From Amoebophrya sp. A120 (taxonomy: Eukaryota > Protista > Dinoflagellata): a stretch of DNA of 64,000 bases. Numbering within the stretch: position 1 is the stretch's first letter; every line of letters starts with the position of its first letter. The notes under the pieces are model-generated. The model worked only from the letters and a program-made list of their open reading frames with translations, was not told the DNA's origin and did no database searches. The stretch covers positions 2,189,065 to 2,253,064 of the forward strand of contig CAJINV010000003.1 of assembly GCA_905178155.1 (NCBI GenBank), given 5' to 3'. A program made the position numbers and the translations under genes. Shown in pieces: positions 38,923 to 49,727 of this stretch.

Positions 38923-41900
38923 TTATGGCTTTTTGTTCTTCGCGAACAGGGCAGTTAAGCCGATGGGTCCCTCGAACAGTCCCTTGCGCAGCTTGTCGAA
39001 GTCCAGCTCGCCCTGTGCGTTGTAGTCTAGCGTGTGGAAGTATCCAAGAAAAAAACTGTGTTAGTGTAACTTTCTTTGGCTGACAGCATCACAAATTTGC
39101 TCTACATGACAGAGAAAACCTGTCATGCGTGGCTCGTAAGGGAAAATACACATGAAAAAAGGACTTCATGGCTGTGTGGCATGACAATTGTGACTGTTTT
39201 GCATTTTCTGCATCACAGATTTACACTTACACAGTTTTTTTCTTGCATAGGAAGATGCGGTTTCGGCGGGTCCGGGTGCCGATGGTCGTGGGCCCGGGTG
39301 GGTAGTGGATGACGTGCGCCAAGTATCGCATGAAAAAACTGTTTCACTGTGAACCTGTGATGCAGAGAACAAAACACCAAACTGTTTGTCTTGCTACACC
39401 TGCAAGACATTGGATTTTTAAGCGTGCTTTCCCTTGGGAAACGCGCATGGCAAATTTTCTGGGTCATGTGTAGCAAACTTGTGATGCGGTTCTTGCAAAA
39501 TCATCACAGTGAAACAGTTTTTTCGTGGGATACCAAGGCCTGGGTGAACTCGGTGGCGGACAGCGATCCGTTGCCGTTGTCGTCGATCATCTCGAAGATC
39601 TTGCGCTGCGTGTCGGTCTCCGCCAGGTTATCCACCTGGTACATCTCGCACAGGTGCTCCCGCAGCTGCGCAAACTCTTCCGTCATGGGGACGCGGCGCT
39701 CCGTATCCAAAGGAAAAATCCCCCCTCCCCATATCAAAGCGGAAATTTGTGATGCTGATTTGTGACCACAAATGAGCTTTGTATTGCACAGAGGCGCTGG
39801 GTCTAGTGGCGTATGGGTCTAGTAGGGGCGTATGGGTCTAGTAGGGGCGTATGGGTCTAGTAGTTCAGCATGGCAAACGGCCCCCCTTTAGGCCAGACAG
39901 CACGACAAATCGCTTCCATAATGGGGCGGAAGCTTCTGCCGTTGTCTTCTTGCAAGACAGATGTGATTTGTTACCTCAAATCCGCAACACAAAATTTTTG
40001 GGAACATGCCTTTTCAATATGGGGAGGGGGGATTTTTCCTCTCAATACTCCGGCGGTGCGGCGTCGCGCTCCATCTGCGCCTCGATCTCCTTCTCGCCGT
40101 TGAAGAGACCAGTATGGAACTGTCAGGTTTGAAATCGTCAAAGTTGAAATAATCTGTAATGCATAAAATGCATGACCCGAGGTACGTGTGTTGCAGAGCA
40201 GGCAAGTGAGGCCGATTGTAAGCCTGTTTGGGGTTACAGCTCGAGCTGCTAAAGTAGCACGAGAAAATCACTCTTCTTTGCCTAAACAGCATGACAAACT
40301 GGATTTAGGGACCACCGAAATTTGTCATGCGCCACTTGGAAACTGGGTTCCAACTGGCATCCATTTTATGCATGGCAAATTATTTCAACTTTGTCGATTT
40401 CAACTCTGACACATCCATAACCGGGCTTCCCGAAGTAGTCCCGGTGCCCGGGGTTCATGTCGGAGGGCGAGATCTTCATGCGGGTGCACCACACTTTGGG
40501 GTGTTTCGCCCACAGCTCGTCCTGCGACTTCACGAACATCCAGTCGTACCACCGTTTGAAGGCTTTCTGCATGTCCGTGTTCTTGTAGATCTTGGAGGTG
40601 TGGCGCTGCGCCTCGTTGTTGGTCCTCTTCCGCGACGCGTTGTCGCGCTTGCGGATCCACTTGTTGTAGGCCTTCTGCGAGCTGTACCGCTTGATGCCAT
40701 CCTTTCCAACCACGTACACGTCCTCGTCGATGAAGGTGTTGGCGTTGACCGCGTCCCGCACCGCGTTGATCCGGTCCGCTCTCCTGAGTAAAAACGTACC
40801 AACACCAGAGTCAGGATGAGGATTTTGCAACACAAGCCTAGGAGTTTTGTGAGTCACGCATGACAAGTTGCACTATGCAGTGTAGTGCAGGTTAGCAAGT
40901 GCAGCCGCATCACAGATTCATCTGCTCATCCTGTTCACAGCGTCACAAATTCCACAACACGACTGGAAATGGCTCTCATGGGGATGCGCATTACAAGTCT
41001 TCTTGTCTTTGCAAATCTGCATTACAACTCTGGTGTGGGTACGTTTTTACTCAGGATATCCTCCTCGTTGTGCTCGCGGTGTTTTTTCGCTACCTCCTTG
41101 GGGTCGATCCCCAGTACGGAGCCGAACTCCTCGAAGGACAAATCTCCGGACCCGTCTTCGTCCAACAGGTGCAACAGGTTGGCGCGGCGCTCGTACGCCA
41201 CCTCGTCGTCGGCGTCGGCGCTGGGGTAGCACATCTTGGCCAGCCCCACCTGGAACTCCTCCATGGAGACGGAGTTGGAGCGGTCGGTATCCAACAGCTG
41301 GTAAAACTTGTACCACCACGTCGTGTCCGCCATGCCGTCGGAACCACGCAACATCTTGCCGTACCTGTAGCGATTGTTCCGATTTGTGCGCAAGTTTCGT
41401 GGGAATTAGTGCATGATGATGATGTTACTTTCGATTTCCTGTTCACAAAATAAATGAAAATTCCCTGCTAACATGCCTACTCACACAATGAAAAATTCCT
41501 CGTCAAATTGCAACGCTCAAGATGAAAACTAGCCTGTTCAGTACTTGTGTGCCAGCCACACGCGGAAGTAGAGCAGTTCGTCCTCGACCGGAGCAAGGCA
41601 AAAACGCTTCATAGCGTCGACTTCCTTCCCGTCGTAGTAGGTAACCCAGTAGATGGGCTGTTTTCCGCTGTTGGGCGGCATCATGGTGATCGGCATGCGG
41701 CAAGTTCCCTGGTCTGGCGGGTCCAACCACACCGCGGCTCCAGCGCAGTAGACCTGTGATAGGACGACGAAATTTTTGATAAAATAGACCTGCCTTTTTC
41801 GTACATCTAAATTGAGTGAGAATAGCAGGGAAAAAAAGACGCGGTTATACTCTTTGTCTCGCAGTCGCGACCCATGCAAACAGAAGGTTGACATTACTAC

Positions 41901-42251
41901 CAAGAGCATGTTGAATCATAGCGGTAAACAAGTATGTATTTTTACCTTGGTATTCTGGTCGAGCGGCGGGCGGGCCTGCCTGCTGCGCCACGTGATGTCG
42001 ACTTGCACCTTCATGACAGGGCAGGCGATGTAAAACCGCGATCCCGCTGGCGGGTCCTTGTCGATTTTCACATCCGCGAGCAGATCGTCGAGCTGCTTGC
42101 TGACGCGCTTGAACTCCTTGCCCTTCGGCGGCTCCCGCGCGAACAAGTCCGCCGCGGTCATGCCCTCGCCACGCGGCTTGGGGTTCATGATCATGGACTT
42201 CTTGCCGCGAATACCATCGAAGGTTTCGCGAGACCCCAACGACGACGCCAT
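38923..42251 (-). CDS. EF-hand calcium-binding protein, multi-exon (2 canonical introns, 5 TIR introners)
   Basis: EF loops DTDRSNSVSMEEF, DEDGSGDLSFEEF, DDNGNGSLSATEF and degenerate DYNAQGELDFDKL. Frame is continuous to TAA at 38923 after removing all five elements. Confidence 0.85.
39041..39249. mobile_element. TIR introner, family G
   Basis: TIR tatccaagaaaaaaactgtgttagtgtaa / ttacacttacacagtttttttcttgcata; TSD ggaag. Confidence 0.92.
39324..39532. mobile_element. TIR introner, family G
   Basis: TIR tatcgcatgaaaaaactgtttcactgtga / tcacagtgaaacagttttttcgtgggata; TSD ccaag. Confidence 0.92.
39704..40047. mobile_element. TIR introner, family C, with internal 19-bp tandem repeat
   Basis: TIR tatccaaaggaaaaatcccccctccccatat / atatggggaggggggatttttcctctcaata; TSD ctccg; about 3 copies of gggtctagtaggggcgtat at ~39799-39862. 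Confidence 0.92.
40113..40419. mobile_element. TIR introner, family H
   Basis: TIR tatggaactgtcaggtttgaaatcgtcaaagttgaaata / tatttcaactttgtcgatttcaactctgacacatccata; imperfect TSD accag/accgg. Confidence 0.9.
40780..41058. mobile_element. TIR introner, family B
   Basis: Near-identical to 9720-9999; left terminus mutated to tct; imperfect TSD tccgc/tcctc. Confidence 0.9.
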
Positions 42252-42880
42252 CTTGTCAGAATGGGTGTTTTGTCAAAAGACGATGCGATAAACAGCAGTG
42301 TGTTGTCTTGGGTTATGCTTTACCAGAGTTTTAGTCCGATTGCAAGAAAGAATTTTCGTATTAAAAGTAGTTGAGTAGGGTCAACCAAAATCGATTTAAT
42401 TTCAACACGGCACGATGCCTGATGGGGGCAACAAGCTATCGAAATATCTTCGCGGGAGAAGCCCTGTGAAATAAAATGAAGAGGCAGCACGATTGACGAG
42501 ATAGCGAAAACACAAGGAGTGAAAACACAGGACGCACGAAAAGAACGAACCAGTAGAACGATAGATACCGAGCTGTGGGTCTGCGTCTGCAGTACGATTG
42601 CTTACTACTCTTTTGCACGATAGACATAGATAATTTTGCACGTACCGATTATTTTTTTCGACTGAAGAATTTGGATTGAAGTACTACTCACATTTTCGCA
42701 CGTACCGATTTTTTGCTGTTGCTTCGTTTAGAGTGTCGCAATTAGACCGATAAATAGCTTTGCGCGTGGTCTCTCTGATTGTCCAGGTCATTCATCTAGA
42801 GTCAAAGTTGAACAGTTCTGTCTAATCAGCAGCATCGCGATTTTCGCGTTCCTCTGAAACTGGACAAAACTGCAACTACA

Positions 42881-45800
42881 TTACTTGCCAGGGGCCGTCG
42901 TACCTTTTTGCATCTCCTGTACACTGAAATCTTTGATTGCCTTCAAGAAGTTTCGATTCGATAAAATCCCAACGCCACGCGCCTTTGCTATTTTTTCAAC
43001 AGCTTTGGTTGAATTGCATTTGGTTTGCCTGATTAAGATCGCTGCCGTTATCGCTGCACTTCGGTTGACCCCCATCGCGCAGTGGACAAGCAGTCCCGGC
43101 AAAGTAGACCCTGCCGCGCCAATATCAGGGTTGGTGTTAGCACCCGCCGGTAAACAAGCCTTTTCCATTCGTTTTCGGGCACGAGCCTCGGCCTTGGACT
43201 CCTTCTTGGGTACAGAGCTGTTTGGAATTGAGGAATTTTTCGCAAGCACCGTGGAAGCCAGACTGCTTGTTTCGCTTTCAAGAGTGGCGAGCAAGCTCTC
43301 TACAAATGCGCAGCATTCTTCAAAATGCCGAGCGATGTCATAGTCGACATGGTCCTCGCAAGGCACTTCCAGATACCGAACCGGCGTCGCTTCTCCTTCT
43401 CGTTCGTTCGTCGCATCAGCCGCGCTCTTGGGTCCGGTCATTTTGGAATTCCGCCCCAAATTTTCATCATAAAACTTTTGAAGATGTATTCCATTCTCTG
43501 CGGACTGCAAGTTTTGGTCAAGTTGCGACAGCGTTTCCGCGGCGATTTCCTTGCATCCGGCGGAAGGGCAACAATTGATCACGCCGCGGACGCGGTGTCA
43601 AGTGGTCCAAGTTCCCAAGATGATTTTACGCATGTAACCGATTTTAAAAATTTCGCGCCCCGGGTTCGCGCAAATGTGACCAAGCGCGTAGGCAGGTTCT
43701 AGCGCTGCTTTCCTCGCGCCTTGACATAGTGCGCCGAAGCGGATGCGTCCGTCGCAATGGTACAAGTGCGACGCCCGACCACTTTCTGTTGGTCACAGGT
43801 GCGCACGCAAATTCACAGGGGCCGGGCCCCCAGCAGCGCCACACAGTGCCACACCCGCGCCAGAAGCTCACAAAACTTCTCACGCAGCCGCAACCAATCG
43901 GAACAACACTCGGCGCTCTCGGTCATGGTGCCCCCAAAGCCCGAAGTCGTGACCCAGCTTCGAACCCGCGCTCACTCAGAGCGCGGGCACAGATAAATAA
44001 GCTGGCAGGATCGGGGGCTCCTGATCTTACGAGCAAGAGCCCCCAACCTCGTCCCGGCACCATAGCGAGATCCACGAAAGCGGACTCCCGATCTCGCTGA
44101 TCTCGTGCCGATCATTCACCGGCCGATCTCGCGGCGAACTCCGGCCGATCTCGCACCCCCTCCCGCCGATCTCGCTGCGATATAACTCACGGCCAAAATT
44201 GATCTTACTGGCCAGCGCCCGCAGGTCGAAAATTCCTTCCCATTTTCGCTGTAGAATGAATTTCCGCCCGCGAGATCAACGAGATCGGGCACGAGATCAA
44301 CGAGATCGCGGGGGAGATCAGGCGGGAGACCATGAATTTCCGCCCGCGAGATCAGCGAGATTGGGCACGAAATCAACGAGATCGCGGGGGAGATCAGGTG
44401 GAGATCATGCGACGTCGATCGCTTTGATATCGACCGTTCTCGCGTCGTCCCAATACGAGATCGTAGCGCGGCCCGCGGGGAGGCGCCGGCTTTCCCAGCC
44501 GGCGAGGCCGCCGGCGTTCACGACCGATATCGCCAAGCCGGGGCTGCTACTTCTGCAACGTCGCTCGGCGGGCGCTTCGAAAATTACGCAGCGCCCTTGG
44601 TTGCAGTTACAGAGCGCCGCCGCACCGGCGCGGTCAAGCCGAAAGGCTTCAGAGAGAACCGCGGGCAGGTCTTTGGCCGTGCCATCTCTCGCGAATTTCA
44701 TGACGCTGAGTCGACCAGCCGCTGCGGAGGCATTGCGCAGAACGGCCGAGGGGTTTACGCTATGCCGACGAATCCCCGGACAGACAGACCACGGCAACGC
44801 TTTGGTCAAGTTGCGACAGCGTTTCCGCGGCGATTTCCTTGCATCCGGCGGAAGGGCAACAATTGATCAACCGACGTTCTTTTTTCTGAAAATTGTTCGG
44901 CGCCCGCAGGATGGGGCCCAGGCGCAGCGGGGCCGGGGGCAACGGCGAGAGCGGGAGGCGAGGAGGCGGGGCTGGCGGATATTGGCAAGGCCGATGCAGT
45001 GGCAGCGCAGGCACCGCCTGCCCGCACGCGCGCGCCACAAGCCGTGCCGGCCGGCGGGCCCTGGACATTGTGGGCCCAGACGGGCGCGGCCAGCCTGTTG
45101 GCCAGCGGGCAGGAGCCGAGCTATTGCATGACGCGGCCACCAATGCATCTAGTGCCGGCGGCGCCGGGGCCCGGGGCCTTCGCCCTCCGTTACATGCGCC
45201 GGCCCTTCGGTCCACAGAGAAGACAGAACCCGCCGGCCGCGCACAGCTTTGGGCGCGCGGCGGCAATTGTCCCACCCCGTGCAAGCCCCACCACGCCAAG
45301 GGCTTCGCGCAATGCGCCCAAGTTTGCCGGGGCCGGGGCGACGGACAGGGTGGGAACGAAAAGAAAGGCGGGCGGCGCGCAAAAGCGGGCCCCGCCCGGT
45401 GGTTCTATTGCAGAAACTAAACAGGCGAGGCGCGCCCCGCATATTGCGTTGCCGGGCCCGCCTGGTGTCTGTCAGTCTTCCGCCCCGATTTGCGGGGGCG
45501 TCTGCTGGCCTTCTTTGCGTTGGTCCTGGTTTCCCGCGTTTTTTTCGCACGACATCCCCGGGCCAAATGTGCACGAGAGTGCGCTGGCCCTTAAAATAAA
45601 AGCGCCGGTCGCGCCGCGACCTTTTGGGTAGCCTAGCTAGCGAAGAGAATGAACGGCCGACGGCCTCCCATCAATCAGAACCCCGGCCCGGGCACGGCGT
45701 AGATGCAGCCGGCGCGCAAAATGGGGGGCCACTCTCATGGGCGTGCGTGCTTGCGAAGCAAAGAGAACCGCTACAATTTTGCGCGCGGCCTCGGCGTGTC

Positions 45801-47012
45801 TCGCGGGCGCCCCTTGGTGGCCATGGGGCCGGCTTGGCGTGGTCTGCGGAAAAGTTGTGCTTCCTCCCTAAACCACAACTTTTCCCGGACTCCGCTCGTG
45901 TTTGAGGGTAAAAAGAAGCTGCACAACGCCCAAGGGGGGCAGAAAAAGACAGCCACAGGTCGTGCGTAACCTAATGCAGCATGGTATGGCTGCGAGGGAA
46001 ATTCGCACGCAGCGATACCATGCAGCATAACCTCATGCCCGATGCTATCCCTGTGTGTGTGGGGGAGTGCGAATGTTGCTGCTTGGGGATAGCATCGCGC
46101 AAAAGGTTACGCGCGACGGTGTGCAGCGGCTGCGGCAGCCGCTTGTGGCGAAAGAGGGGATTTGTAATGCGGAGAAGAGCCCGGGTTGCGGAGAACCCGA
46201 GGCTCCGGGCTTTCCCCATTTACCCACAACCCGAGCCCCGAGCTCTGGGGAGCCCCGCACTCCGCATTTGTAATGCGGAGAGCCCGACCTTTCCGCCCAT
46301 TTGTAATGCGGTCTTTCTCCCGCATTTGTAATGCGGAGAGCCCGACCTTTCCGCATTTGTAATGCGGAGAACCGGAGGCGCGGTCTTTCTCCAACCGGAG
46401 GAAGCGGAGTTTGCGAATTTGTGATGCGGCTTTTCTCCTGCGGGGAGAAAAGCTGCATCTAAATCCGGCCGGTTTTCCAATTTTGTAATGCAGTTTTTCT
46501 CCACCCGATCGTTCGAGCGGAGAAAAACCGCGCGCAAAACAAGTAGCTTTGCGCGAAAAAACGGGCACAAGCCCTAGGAAAAGCGCAGCTTCTACCCCGT
46601 CCGGAGCGGGAAAAGTTGTAAGCGGGTGGAGCCCCATTTGCTTCCTCATTCTCGTAGGTCGCTAGTTTCATTCTCGTGACAGTGTATGCTCTTACTGGGG
46701 TCAAATTGTATTTTGTCCGTTCATATCCGCGACGATTTCCTTGCATCCGGCGGAAGGGCAACAATTGATCACGCCGCGGACGCGGTGGCTACGCAGAAAT
46801 TCCAAATCTACGGCCGCCTCCAGATTTCCGAGGTAGAGGTTCAGTCCCACTGAAGCTCCCCGAGACAGAGTGGCGATGTAATGTACGGAGCTTCCAAATG
46901 CCTGCGAACCAAGGGTTCCGTGGTAATACCTATCTTCGGACGGATTCAAATGGTGGTCGATGAGGGCAATGAGAGGCTGAACCTCCTCGAGAACAGAGGC
47001 CGAGGAAGTCAT
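42881..47012 (-). CDS. Dual-specificity protein phosphatase, split by a 3.1-kb insert
   Basis: 5' part NLYLGNLEAAVDLEFLRSHRVRGVINCC; 3' part YLEVPCED...HFEECCAFV...LLVHCAMGVNRSAAI...RGVGILSNRNF with an intact HCxxGxxRS motif. Confidence 0.85.
44085..44410. repeat. GATC-rich foldback-like repeat with a 76-bp tandem duplication
   Basis: GATCTCG units at ~44085-44180 face CGAGATC units at ~44270-44405; 44256-44331 is repeated from 44332. Confidence 0.75.
46160..46495. repeat. Degenerate tandem array of atttgtaatgcggagagcccgacctttccgc-type units
   Basis: About 7 copies of TTTGT[AG]ATGC, the same motif found inside the TIR introners. Confidence 0.8.
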
Positions 47013-47793
47013 GTTCTGTCTTCTCGACCATGCATTCACTAGGAGGGTCGGAACAACGTCACGCAAAAAACACAGTCACAGAGTCGGTTAGATACTAGAA
47101 GGACATCACCAGTTTGCTATTGATTCCAAGAAACATCAAATCGCAACAAAATTACGCTATGCTTTTCTGAGACTGGGAGGCAACTTTCCTGCGAAACGAG
47201 GCAACTGAAGAACACTCATGTTGGTTCTTGCTTCACCCGTTTTCTGAGATTCTTTCTACACGATCATGATTACGTCCGGGTTTCCGAAGCCGGTCAGAGA
47301 CTTCGCGCAGACGAATAGACACTGAAAGAGTTGCGAAACGAAGCGGAATAAAACACTGTTCTACCGGTCGAATGAGTCGCACTGTGGCATATGTTCCAGC
47401 TTAAAATCGTATGGGAAGCTTGTTCGTTCTAGAATTGGGCGTTTTCCATGCGTTTTGGTATTTTTGTGGGACCAAGTTGCTTCTTCTTCTCCCTTCCTGT
47501 TTTCCCTCCTATGCCACTTCTGTACTCCTTGCCCTTTCCCTTTCTACTTGATGCGTCGCCATTTTCTGTTTCAGAGTTTTACTTTTTCCTCTTTTGCGTT
47601 TCAGCAACATCAGCGCCACTGTCCTTTGAAGAAGTAGAGTCTTTGCCATTTCCAATGAATTGTGGCTCCCTGCTGTTTGCGTGGTGCTTTCCTGTCAAAT
47701 TCCTTGCCAACTCTTTCCAGTATAAGTTCCCTGTAGCTTAGCTTTCTCACTCTTACCGCTTTCGATCTCGAAGATCAAGCAGCTCCCATGCGA

Positions 47794-49179
47794 TTATCGC
47801 CGGATCCGTCGGCGGAATTCGGCTGGAACGTCGGCCGTGGACACAAGTTTGAAGTCGTTACCCACGAGTCCGTCAACCGAGCTCGATTCCTTACCACGAA
47901 ACCACAAACCAAACTCCTCTGTTTTTGCGTAGATGATGTTCTCTGTTTGAACGGCGTTATTCCACTGTCTTCGCCGGCCGCACCAACTTTGCCTTCCAAC
48001 CCTTTCGTTTCTTCTCTCTAATCGAGCGACTTCGAACTGGAAAGCCGATCTTCTTGCATTCAAAGTAACTGGGAATCCGCGTCGGCCGCCGGAATTTGCG
48101 TCCCACTGATAAAACCATGAATCGTCATTGACAAGCACTTCGAAGATTTTTTGACATTCATCCTGTGAAAGTCTGAGCACGTCAAGATATTCGTACTGCC
48201 TCTGCCGAACGAGGTATGCGTCTCGAAATTCTTGCAGAACTTTTTTACGAATCGAGTCGGGTTGCTGAAGTTTCGTGTACAGGTCGACTAGCACTCGAAG
48301 ACCGCTCGAACTCCACGCTCCTGTTTTCAAATATGTATGATCCACTGCCGTTGCCCAGTCGAGCCGCCTGCGCTTCGTGCTTGGATTCAAGTCCAGCCAC
48401 TGAGCCAATACTCTGGACCCAGCATCCGACTGGAAGACGTAGCTGACCACATTGTTCACTGTCAGAAAATCCGCAGACTTCGTTGTCGCCCGCACATCGC
48501 CGAAGCTTTCTTGATACAATCCGGCACGCTTTAACGGGAAATGCGCCACAAGGTGAAAATCGAACTTCTTGGCTATCGCTTTCAAATTCGCGCTGTGAAA
48601 GTGCGTCTCCTCTAGCGATATCGCAATCATTCCTTTGTGAGTCAGCAAATCTGTTGCTTCGGCAAAAAAGTCGGGAAATCTTTTGGTGGCCCATTTTTTT
48701 GGATCATCACCAGGCGAAAATTCAGGAGGATACAAGTTGTTCAGCATTATCAGGTCGTAGGGCCCGTTCCGTCCCCTCTTCCGGGTTTCCGCTACCAGAG
48801 AGCCTGGCTGCATTTTAAGATTTTCCTTCAAACCCGACAGGCCATCGACCCCGAAAAGGACTCTTTGTCCACTGAGGTGGATTGTTTCCATGTGGCAAGC
48901 GCCGTTCTCCCGGGGGTTGAAGCGTTTCAAAAACTCTTCCTTTGTCTGCAAGACTGTCGCGTCGAGCCATCGTGGAACGGTTGGCAGCACCGAGTTCACG
49001 GTACCTGCTGGGGCTGGCGGCTTGTCGTCGAGCACCTTCTCCGCACGCGAAAGCCCAAGATCCGCCTCGTACGAAAGATTTCCACCACCGATCGAGAGAA
49101 CGCGGTAGTTCCGGTCAAGAATGAGTTCGGCCAGGCTGTTTATGCTCTCGTCTTCCGAACGCGGACGTTTATTGGACAT
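47794..49179 (-). CDS. DUF2431/BMT5-like rRNA (uridine-N3) methyltransferase-domain protein
   Basis: VLSIGGGNLSY, LDATVLQTKEEF, VLFGVDG, YDLIMLN and DFFAEATDLLTHKGMIAISL follow the DUF2431 motif order. Confidence 0.7.
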   Translation of the reverse strand: MSNKRPRSEDESINSLAELILDRNYRVLSIGGGNLSYEADLGLSRAEKVLDDKPPAPAGTVNSVLPTVPRWLDATVLQTKEEFLKRFNPRENGACHMETIHLSGQRVLFGVDGLSGLKENLKMQPGSLVAETRKRGRNGPYDLIMLNNLYPPEFSPGDDPKKWATKRFPDFFAEATDLLTHKGMIAISLEETHFHSANLKAIAKKFDFHLVAHFPLKRAGLYQESFGDVRATTKSADFLTVNNVVSYVFQSDAGSRVLAQWLDLNPSTKRRRLDWATAVDHTYLKTGAWSSSGLRVLVDLYTKLQQPDSIRKKVLQEFRDAYLVRQRQYEYLDVLRLSQDECQKIFEVLVNDDSWFYQWDANSGGRRGFPVTLNARRSAFQFEVARLERRNERVGRQSWCGRRRQWNNAVQTENIIYAKTEEFGLWFRGKESSSVDGLVGNDFKLVSTADVPAEFRRRIRR

Positions 49180-49727
49180 TTTGTCTTTGCGTTATTTACG
49201 CCAGCGTGTAAATGAAAATGTTGTAAAACTAAAATTTTAAGCAAAAAGTAGAACGCGCTAAAAACTAGTGATGGCAATGGCAAATCAATAGCAACAACGC
49301 ACAGACTAGAACGAATGAACCGTCAATCTCCACGGAGAAAAAACAAACAAATGAAACCTAGCCCTGTCCTGTCCACATACTGGGAGGAGTATTTTCGTGA
49401 AAAGAATGCTGGTCTCCCACTTGATAAAATGATCACACGAAAGTGGCCAAGCCTCAAAAATACCCAGCGCGCTCTCAGTACCAAGCTAAATTTTTCTTAG
49501 AACACGGACGCTTCTGGGTCGCACACATAACCTTTTACAAATGTCGTGGATTTTTACTCTTGCGAAGAGTCGCAAAATGCCGGTAGTACAGCAAAGAGAT
49601 GCAGAATTGTAGCTGTTCAAGCGCAGAAGTAGAAAAGAGAGATCACACCATGTGTTGGATCGATAGAAAAGAAAAGCTCTGCAGTAACGTCATTATGAGA
49701 AAGAGAGTCAAATCATAGCTTCCCCTA

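Larger units (their letters stand above)
43598..46725. other. Composite GC-rich insertion / putative non-canonical intron flanked by 62-bp direct repeats of exon sequence
   Basis: 43536-43597 matches 46726-46787 with 1 mismatch; a third internal copy 44801-44869 equals 43513-43581. Confidence 0.85.

Noticed and set aside
39799-39862. Short repeats here and at 46160-46495 as a possible CRISPR array
   Set aside because: Tandem units without unique spacers, eukaryotic context and no cas genes.
42633-42712. Duplicated gcacgtaccgatt upstream of the EF-hand gene as a promoter element
   Set aside because: Two copies only and not seen upstream of other genes; a local duplication explains it.
44199-45631. 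Long Arg/Ala/Gly/Pro-rich ORFs inside the phosphatase insert
   Set aside because: Overlapping ORFs in many frames are expected at this GC content, and no domain is recognisable.
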